Part shown: piece after piece, positions 54,609 through 64,000 of the stretch | How the letters are laid out: every line of letters starts with the position of its first letter | Position numbering within the stretch: position 1 is the first letter of the stretch | From: Selaginella moellendorffii | Lineage: Eukaryota > Plantae > Lycopodiophyta | Direction of reading: 5' to 3' | Assembly (NCBI RefSeq): GCF_000143415.4 | Contig: NW_003314272.1 | Coordinates: forward strand, 1,558,374 to 1,622,373 | DNA length: 64,000 nucleotides | Program-made: the position numbers and the translations under genes | Notes under the pieces: model-generated | Databases searched by the model: none | The model's input: only the letters and a program-made list of their open reading frames with translations | What the model was told of the DNA's origin: nothing

Positions 54609-57009
54609 ATAGCCTTGCAGTTTGTCTAGAGTAGCCCAGTGGATCACTCAAGTCTAGTTGATCTAGGGGCTTTCTATTGCAATCCATTGGTCAATGGCAA
54701 ATATGTGCCTAAAGCAATTATGGATTCTAGCTTAAGAACAAATATTATGCCAACACACATCTGTCGGCAGCTATAAATCAATTCTAACACTCATACTTTG
54801 ATTATCCTTAAGACATTTGCTCATCATCAAGTCAAACCCATAGGATTGATTAAAGCTGCAACAATTGATGTGGACAAAGTGCAAGTTCAACTCGATATTT
54901 TAGTAATAGATTTCCACATGATGGCTGGGGAGATTTGGTTCAATCATATTCACTGCTCTTGGGATGAGAGTGGCTGGATAGAGTTTCAACCCATACATTC
55001 TGGGATCAACATTTGATGCATATTTTAGTAGGGAGGAAGGGTCAATTGCAAGTATTAGACATAGTTCCAATTGATATGGATACTTTCAACTTAGCAATGG
55101 TGTCAATTTTGCTAGTTGATGAGACACATGAGTTAAAAGATACAATACTTCAAAGATGGATGACAGGTGAGAAGGAGTAGATGTTTCTAATAGCTATGTT
55201 ACCTCTAATGACACTTTGAGCTTAGGTATGGTTGCAAGTTACACTAATACAACTATTTCTAGTGTTGCAGATATAAATGAGCCACTAGTATACAGATTAT
55301 TTTCTGATGGAGCATTTTCTCAATTATTGGACCATATTGGCACTATCCTCATATCTCCCACTGGCAATACACTCTTCTCCATATCAATGGTGGTTTCTAC
55401 ATCCTCCTTGAATGAAGTGAAGTATCAGGCAATGTTGTTGGCAGTTTGGAGAGCCTTACAATATCCAATTCGTCAACTGAGCATTAGATCAGATTCTCAA
55501 CTATTGGTTCGACAAGTACTGAGTACATATAAGTCCTTAATCACCACTTACAACATTTGTATAGGGAGCTAATGTCACTCCTCATTGAGTTGGATTGATG
55601 GGATATTTTTGCTATACCTAGGGAGTCTAATGCAATAGCAAATGCACTAGCAGAACAAGGCCTCTAGATGCTGGTCAAGATTTGGTTCTAGAAGAAGAAA
55701 AACTTACTCCCTTAGATAATATCTCTCTCATGGATATTTTTCAAGTACAAGTTAGAGCATAGCAACATAGTAACTCATCTAGAGTTCCTTCAACTGGATC
55801 TGGCTAATAATACCTCAGAGTCTTGGCTAATCTTTATTGGCAACACTCTTTCAGACAATGAATAGTAGGCACTACAAGAGTTATTTCATCAATTTCACCT
55901 GTTTGTGGCAGTCCACCATGATACCATTAATGTGGCACTCTACCAACATCTCTCTTTGCTATCAACATTTTTTGCAATTTATTTCACTAGGCATAATTTA
56001 GAGCGAACAAAACTTTCAAAATCTCAAATGGATCAATACTATGCAGTGATTGTATTTGCCTTTTAGGAACTTAGGCATTATTTGGGAGACTCGATAGCTA
56101 AATATCCTCTAATGATTATTTATACACCAATCAATTCTCTCTCTTATTTGCTCAACCGGCCAGTCTTACAAGGGTATCATGCTCATTGGGTTCTTCAACT
56201 CCAAGTATTTGACTGACTTATTCAAACTGAATAGGAATGTATATTAGATCCAAAATCCTTGGCATCACTTTTTATGGATGTGATTCCCTCACCGGCAGTG
56301 ATACGCATTGAAGTGTTGTCTTATGTGGCAGTGGACCATCCTTGGTATTCAAACATTATTTCTTTTCTCCAAGGAGACTCTTGTTCTCATGTCACATAGC
56401 GTGAATGCCGGCAACTCATCTAAAGAGCAACTAAGTTTATTCTAGTAGATGACACACTCTTTTGGAGATATGAAGATGGTACTCTGCTCCAGTGTGTGGA
56501 TGGAGAAGAGGCCACTGAGATACTAACAACTACACATATTTGTGGAGGCCATTTTGTAGTGATGGCAACAAGTAAGAAAGTTTTGCGAGTAGGATATCAT
56601 TGGCCAACCTTATATGAAGATAGTGTTAAATTTGTGCAATGTTGTATACCTTGCCAACAATTTGATCTAGTCTGTCTCAAGGATAAAATTGCAATACACC
56701 CGATTGCACCTTAAGCACTATTCATAAGGTGGAGTTTGGATTACTCTAGTCCATTCCCATTAGCTACCAATCAGCATGCCACTGATAGCATCACAAAGTG
56801 GGCAGAAGCTATGTCCAATTTGACTACAAATTAACAAACAATTGTTCATTTCATCTATACACATCTGTGTTGTCAGTTTGGGGTCCCTCAAGTTCTTCTT
56901 TCAAATTGTGATTATCATTTTTTAGGAGCAATAGTGGCTGATCTAACACAGAAACTGGGGGTTTCACACTTGAAGTCCAATTTTTATTGGTCACAGGGAA
57001 ACAAACAAG

Positions 57010-57603
57010 TGTAAGCAACCAAAGGGAATAACTCAAGAAACAATCTATAAGGGTTCAAATATAGAGGGGAAAGGTCTATGAACAAAAATGCACTCTTTTT
57101 TTCAATTGGCTAAGGATTTTGGGATATTTGGAGTTAAGTGTCTTTGGGTTTAAATAATATTAAGTTGGGTGACCTCCCAGGAAGTCTAAACTCAAAAACT
57201 TACATTTAGTATTAGAAGGGTCTCAGGTTTGACTCTGCTGGTTAGCTAGGGGGATCACACCACATATTAATGAACATTTAGTAGGTCTAGCTTGCTCTGG
57301 CTCAGCTCAACTTGAGGATAAGGTGTCAAGAGAGTAGAGTTTTCGGGAGAGTTGTGGCTCTCAACTTCCATTCACAAGGGCATGAACTTACAAGGAAGTA
57401 TGGTGAATTATAAGCAATTAAAGGGAACAATTCAAGAGACGATCCATAAAGGTTCAAATATAAAGGGAAAAACCTATGAACAAAAAGTGCAGCCTTTTTT
57501 TTAATTAGTTAAGGGTCTTGGGATATTTAGAGTTAAGCATCCTTGAGTTTGAATAGTACTGAGTTGGGTAACCTTTCGAAAAGTTGAAACTCAAGAGCTT
57601 ACA
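57010..57603 (+). mobile_element. Full-length Cassandra-like TRIM (two 195-bp LTRs with 5S core, 204-bp internal region)
   Basis: LTR1 57010-57204 and LTR2 57409-57603; degenerate tRNA-iMet PBS TTTAGTATTAGA after LTR1; purine-rich tract before LTR2; TSD ACAAG/ACATG; no ORF. Confidence 0.88.
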
Positions 57604-59198
57604 ACATGCAAAAGTCACGAATAAATCTTTAAAGTATATCCTTTAGAAGTTGGTGCAAGATAATCTTAGATCATGGCCTACTTATTTGCCATATGCACTA
57701 TGGGTTTGCAGGACAACAAAGAAGCTTCCCACTGATTTCACACCATTCAAGCTAGTTTACAGGCTTGAAGCAATGCTCCACATTCAATTGCAATTTCACA
57801 TCATTCAAGTTCATTTAGAGGCTTGAAGTAGTGCTCCCCATTCAATTGCAATTACCAGCATACCGAGTATCTGTAGAAGGAGTAGATCTTTTGTCTAGTG
57901 ATGCTTCAACTTCCACTCAACATTGAGCAGATCAACTTGTTTGTCTGGATGAAGACCAAGATCTAGCTATGCTATGCATTCAAATTCATCAACTTCGCAC
58001 AACACTAGCACATGCTAAGCAATGAGGAGAAGGGACTTGGTTTGAAGGTTAAATGCTACAACTACTCATTTGACAAAATTTCAACCACCATGGATTGGTA
58101 TATATCAGGTACTTGGTGTGGTAGGTACCAACTCATACCATCTTGTGGACCTCTTAGGTCGTAAATTGCCAATCCAATCAATGCCACACATTTAAAAAGG
58201 TATTTTCTCTAACTTTTTTTTATTCCAACTTTATTATATATATGTTTTATTTTTTTCCCTTTTCTATTACAACTAATGCCTGTCTTTGCTAGAAATGTTT
58301 TTCATTTACAAGTCTGAACCTGAGTCCATGCTTGCTGTGGTAGTCTCCTTGGAAAGCCTTGTCTTGTTTGTATATTCTAGGAGGTAAATCCCTATCACCT
58401 GGTGAAGTAAAGTCTTCATTTTCCATATAGCTAGTGTCCAAGTTAAGGATTAAGATCTATGTTAGTATATTTCAAATCACTTATGATGTGCTTTGCATTG
58501 CCTATGTTGATTGTGTGGCTTCATTTTGTTTTGTTTGTATGTTTTCTTGCATTGTTGCTTGGGTGGGGTTCAAGCAACCAGTCCTCAGCATTACCTTCGT
58601 TGACAGTAGGGTTATAAATGATGGTCCATTCAGTGTTTGGGATGTCCAAGTAGTGCTAGATTCCTACTAAATATCTACTGAAGCACTCAATTCTTTTAGT
58701 ATTGGGATCTAGCACTTATGATAGGTGATGCTTGGATTTCAACCCAACTCATGGTGATTTGCATTTCTTTTTGTGAGTAGTGATGTCTGTTTGTTTTTCT
58801 TTGCATTTTTGTTTTGGAACTTGAGACATACAGACTTCTAGATTTAATCCTCAATTAGATATACACTTTTGGAAAATCGATTCTTCTTCATCATTGACAT
58901 TTTCCTTTGTGGGTGATACCCTCTTTTTTGCACACAAGACGTGTGCACCCCAGCAAGTTGCCAAACTGGTATGGTATAAATGTTTAAATGGACATGTATA
59001 GTGATATAAAGGAGAGGAGAGAGAGTACAATCACTACCTTTTATACCTTTTTTTGAAGCAAGGAAATGAAATAACTTCTCACAAACATCTGCTGAAGGGG
59101 TAGTTCTTGGCGAGAGAGAGGTACTCAAGAGTTCCTAGGGACGAAGAAGCAGGGTTAACGTGCTTAAGATCGATTTACCCAAGAAAAACCGCCAAGTG

Positions 59199-59990
59199 AT
59201 GGAGAGTCACAGTGCAGCGATAGCGCACGTCGATCTGGATTACTTTTTATGTCCAAGGTCTGGGAATCAAGAGCGCTGGGCATGTTGGCGCTTCTTTTGA
59301 TCGGTGATTCACTCTTATATGCAGTGGAACAGCGCAGGCTGCCCCAGTTGCGAGGGAAGCCCACGGCTGTGATTTGGAAGGGCAGAACGTGCATTGGTGT
59401 TGGCTACAAAGCTCGCGTCAAATGGTAGCTATATTTCGCAACTTCTAAGCACTGAAAGCAATTTTCTTTCGTTATTTCAGCGTGATAATGCCAAGGCAAT
59501 CTGAAGCGGTAAAATGTTTCCTGGTCCTAGAGCGTTAAAAACACTTGAGACTGTAAGGTAGTTTCTTTTATATGCATGGATTAACAGAGCGACATCTATA
59601 TTACAGGTTCTACATTGGCTAAAAGAGCTAGCAGAAACTCTTCAACTTCGTTTGGACGAAGATCTTTCACAAAACAATCGTGCACATCTTCTCACAATTC
59701 ATGCAAGCTACCACATTGTAAGTCTCTACTTTTGTGTCATGTTCCTTATCTCTCTCATGGTTTCAGGAAGGTCGTGCTCCAAAGTTCTCCTCAAAGTCGT
59801 GGCCTTTAAGATATGGCGTAGACAAGATCATAGAGGACAAGCAGTGACAGGACTTTCTCTTAACAGCTTCAAACATCATGGCAAAGCTGACGCGATTTTG
59901 TCAAACGATTATTAAGGATGTTTGCTCTTTCCAGGGAGTAAACCCAATCACTCAGTAACAGGAGACCCTGGAACCGCCAGTGAACAGTAG
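59199..59990 (+). pseudogene. POLH: DNA polymerase eta (POLH) internally deleted pseudogene with introns
   Basis: IAHVDLDYF, VEQRRLPQLRGKPTAV, SGKMFPGPRALKTLETV, RLDEDLSQNNR..LTIHAS and KFSSKSWPLRYGVDKI. Confidence 0.8.
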
Positions 59991-60001
59991 TCATCGAGTG
60001 C

Positions 60002-60560
60002 TTATCGATTACTGGAATCAGCAGCCAAGAACTTATGTGCCACTCCCATGCCGTCCGTCCACCAGCTGTGACCCTGTCCTGGCCTCCTCCAAGCATCCTT
60101 AGGGGGTAGCCACGTAAGAGAAGGGGGTGCTGCATTATGCATTTCTTCCTCTTGATCGTCTTGATCCTGGCCTGCTCTTCCCACATTCCCTGGCTCCAGT
60201 ATATCTGTTCCATCAGGATATAAACTCCAAACTCAGAGTCCTCCAGATTCAGTAGATTCTCGAAAGCAAGCTTCCCAAGCACCACATTCTTCCACTTCCG
60301 ACAAGCACCAAAGACCGTCCTCCACGTCACCAAAGGTATAGATAGTATGTGTTGCACGGCAGCGTCCAGCTGGTTTGCATGGCAAAGCATGTCGAGCATG
60401 CAGTGGTGGTGCTCGAAGCCGGGAGAGATGGCATGTCTGGAGCCATTGAGCCGAAGAGACATCGGCCTCCGTCCACAGCACAGTCACGTTGTCCTGTGGA
60501 AGAGATGAAACACCTGGCTTGCCTCGCCTAGCCTGCTATAAGCGTCGTCCATCAACGTCA
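60002..60560 (-). pseudogene. PPR E/E+ domain fragment
   Basis: EHHHCMLDMLCHANQLDAA..VTWRTVFGACRKWKNV..YILMEQIYWSQGMWEE. Confidence 0.75.
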
Positions 60561-63279
60561 GCATCACAACCTCCAAAAACTTGATTTGGAATAGGCTTGC
60601 GCTAAAACTTAACCAATCTAACCTTTTTCTTCCAGTATCATTGAAACTAAGGCCCTTGCCCTTTAAGATTAAAATCATCATAAACAATGGCAGTGGCATT
60701 TTAGTGGCATCTTATTGTGTATGGATCAATTGAGCTTTTACTCATACATTCTCTATGAAGCTAACTTTGATTTCAACTACATTGAAAATACTTTTTTGAA
60801 ATAAGTGTTCTTTAACTATTCTCCCAATCTAGAATAAATCAAAGATAAAAGATAGTTAAATAAATTGTGATGGTAATTTTTGGGGAAGGTACACCCAAGA
60901 GGGGAGGTATACCTATGGCAACAAGCTTGCAAATATATGAAAGAAAGCATATTTGAATTGTTATAACATATATATGTGAATAATATTTTTGAACATAATG
61001 TTTTTTTTATGCATAGCTATATATTTGTGTTTGTCATGTATGGCAAAGTTCAATTTAATGCCATGTATGTGAGTTTTTGAATTATATAGATTTCAATTCT
61101 ATGTTAAATTTTATGACATGTAAGCAAGGTTTAAACTTTGGGTTAGGGCTCAAGGGCATAATATTTTTGAACTTGCAAGCTGGATTTTGAGCATTTTAAG
61201 TTTATTATGGCTGTGTGCTCGGGATAGAAAATGTTTTTCACATTAAGTCAAGTACAACAAACAAATCACTATAATGCCAAAAATATATGCACATGATTAA
61301 GAATGTGAGAAATAAATGGAATTAATGTTTTACTAGGAAGATCTACTTACTCGGACAAAAACCACTGCACTTAATGCCCCAAACTTCCAAGAAAAACCTT
61401 TGTACTCACCTCTATGTTACAATCAATTGCATTCACTTCTATAACAATAGATCAGTACTTAAATTAAGGCAAATAAACTATGAAAAATGAGAAACACTTG
61501 CAAGAACAATTGAAGCACCATGCTTACATTAGTTCATGTTTTGATTGAAGAATGCCTCTAAGTTACAAAAATTTAGGCATAGCCACATGAAATAAAAGGT
61601 GAATAAAAAGCATATAAAAGAAGGCAAAGGTGATTAGAAAATTACAAATTTATACTCACATCACATTTGTGGGTGTTTGAGGTGTTACATGCATACATGG
61701 CATATCCTATGCATAATATTAACTCAAAACAAAAAAATAAACCTACACAGGTGTAAATATATAGTGTAGCATGTGCAATCACATATACAGTCTAATACAA
61801 TTTACAGTAATCATGTGGAGGCTGAAATGGAATTTTTTCTTTGAAAATGAAAATTATAATTAGCACAAAGATCAAATGAATGCCAAAATCCATGCTAGTG
61901 GAGCTAATGGCTTTATTATGTATTAAATATGCGATTGTTATAAAACATACCTTTGTGACTTTAACTTTATGCCATCTAAAGTCACATGGGTTTTACATAA
62001 TTTTTCACAGGCAATTCAAACTTCTAATATAAAAAGAAAAAATCAAACTTTTGCTCACTTTGCTTCCTAAAAAATCTAGCAACATCCTATCTCACTCTAA
62101 ATTTTAGCATTAAGAGAGCATGCCATGTAATCCCGATATGGACAAAGGTTTAGCAAGATCAGGAAGATTTAGAGCATGCAAAACCCCCCAAGAGCAAGAA
62201 GAAAATCATTAGGACTACAAAGAAAAACTGAGAAGAAAGCAAAAATAAATATTCATCTCCTAGCAGTTGCAGTAAATGGTCCCTCAAAGCTCTCCTAGTG
62301 CCTCTAAATTTTTTTTTTCAAAAGTAAAAAAGCTAAAAAATCACTTTTTAAATAATATAATATTTCATATTTCCTTACATCCAACTCTCAATCTTTACCT
62401 CTTAGTCTCCAAATCAAGAACCTCAGTGTATATTGATTGGATCTCATGTAGCACAGGCTGTGTCATAACTGGATAGGGGTAAATAAGCCTCGGATGCCCA
62501 ATGTATTGTTTAAATGCATGCCACATTGGCATGTTGGGTCGTTTTGCTAAATCGTAGTCCTTTGGCCGCATGTTAATAAGCATATGATCCTTAAATAAAT
62601 CCCTTTTTCAAAGTAAACATTGGGCATTGATAACACATACCACATGTTATTCACACTATTGCGTCTTAAAATGTATTCGATAATAGATAGGGTACACTCT
62701 TTACAAAAGCCATTCAGCCAAACCTTTCCAAAAAGAAAAAAATAAAAATAAAAATTAGCACATAAATACATGTTAACATTCCCTCTTCCTCCTCCTCAGT
62801 AGCGTCCTGTGTCCCAAGCCGTCCATCTCAAAAAAAAAAAAAACAATACAAAACATCACAAAAAAAACACAACTTTAAGAGGAGAGAGGGACGAAAGATT
62901 GTTCCTTACAAGTGAAGTCGTGGTTATAATAGATCCGGAGGTCGTAGCGTCCCAACCACGAGCGTGCATGTTGTGCACAAACTAACATGGCATAATAGTG
63001 CGGCAGCACAGACAGCGGTGCCCTCTCGAGAGTGAGTGCTCGCAGGAGCTTGTTGTTAACCATCCCTTGGAACAGCAGCGCCAATTCTCTCCCCAGAAAA
63101 GGCCCCGCGGGAATCCTGTCGGGTTTCTTTGAATGGTGGAATTCTCAGACGCAATGCAACCCGGGAGTAACCCCACTTTATATTCACTCCATGCTTCTGG
63201 CGTTCACGTAAAACGGCAAACTTGTTCCATCCCTGCAAGAACAGAGGAGGGAGGAAACAAATCACTGCCTGTAAATCTA

Positions 63280-63430
63280 AGTTGGCTGGCTATTTGTATG
63301 ACCAACAAGCTGCTGCTGCCAACGTGAGGAGGTGCAAGGGACCACAGTGCTTTCGGCTCACGTTTCTTATCATGGCCTTAGTCTGCTTGATCGGTTGCGT
63401 TGCTCTTGTCTGCCTTGTGTCCCGGACGCC
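63280..63430 (+). pseudogene. Nodulin-like/NFD4 MFS transporter C-terminal fragment
   Basis: LAGYLYDQQA..CKGPQCFRLTFLIMALVCLIG..LVSRT. Confidence 0.65.
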
Positions 63431-63714
63431 AGAGCCAAAACCCTATATGGCACCAGCCTGTCCGCTGGATAAGTTAAAAAGAAGCTGCTTTCCAAGATTC
63501 GGGGTACCAAACCGAAGAGCTTTGGCACCATCATGGTGCCATACGAAGAAATGGAAGACCTTTTTGTGCTGGTCATGTCTATCAGGACCTAATGATCCCC
63601 TCGTGATGGGGAGCAGCGCCCTGGAAAGAAGTCGTAAACGAAAACCAGAAACAAATTTTAAGAACTCAAGAGGACTCACACATCTGAATTCTCCATTAGA
63701 TGGCTTACGGTAAG

Positions 63715-63795
63715 TTTACTTGCAATAGTCCAAAAGCACATTTACTTTCCTTAGCATACAATTGGTGTTCGTGCAATTTTTGAAACAGCTCTGCC
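63715..63795 (-). mobile_element. Short Gypsy reverse-transcriptase fragment
   Basis: LFQKLHEHQLYAKESKCAFG. Confidence 0.5.
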
Positions 63796-64000
63796 GGATA
63801 ATACTTATATATAGTCTGCCGTTCTGGCTCCTCAGAGCTCACTCCCAAAACAAAGAACCTTGTGTTAAAACATGACCAAGCTTTGAAAGAACTAACTGAC
63901 AAACTTTGAATGTTCCTCTTTTTACAGAATTTCACCCACAGGAGCTCCAAGTGCTCCGTCACGTCCTCGTCTTGCTAGGAGGCCAAGCCTTGTAGAAATG

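Larger units (their letters stand above)
51230..59083 (+). mobile_element. Degenerate Ty3/Gypsy Tat-lineage LTR retrotransposon (gag-PR-aRH-[RT largely deleted]-RH-INT), ~125-bp LTR remnants
   Basis: LTR pair at ~51237-51362 and ~58959-59083; gag (LPKF*GDVEEDP ~52620); zinc knuckle remnant FYCNKLGHTNDQC (~53545); archaeal-type RNase H YRLFSDGA..NEVKYQAML..SDSQLLVRQV (55290-55520); integrase HICGGHF..GYHWPTLYED..CIPCQ (56530-56660). Confidence 0.85.

Noticed and set aside
62875-63265. Possible terpene-synthase-like fragment
   Set aside because: Resemblance is too weak and no diagnostic motif is present.

Overview
Eukaryotic plant genomic DNA, most consistent with a lycophyte such as Selaginella. 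This is an inference from very short introns (about 50-100 nt), GC-rich exons, many PLS-type PPR relics, axonemal genes and a Tat Gypsy element with an extra RNase H. Bases 1-10.5 kb are gene dense: an intact 13-exon DRC10/IQCD-like axonemal gene, a Ser-rich gene, a twice-frameshifted glutamate-receptor-like (GLR) gene, an IQCE-like coiled-coil gene and an intronless Ser/Thr kinase. Bases 12-45 kb are mostly a collage of gene fragments (NUF2, Pol eta, GUB_WAK, PPR, SRS2, Ole e 1-like, KRI1). This stretch also holds an intact dirigent-like gene, a ~975-bp tandem array with a 1951-bp dimeric higher-order period, a 10.5-kb tandem segmental duplication, and a small trypsin-like protease with a probable pseudoprotease relative. 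Bases 45-59 kb are decayed transposons: a P-element-like transposase and a Tat-type Gypsy element. Nested in the Gypsy are a full Cassandra-like TRIM and a solo LTR, whose LTRs carry the 5S rRNA internal promoter. Bases 59-64 kb hold more gene fragments. All family assignments come from remembered motifs and were not checked against databases.
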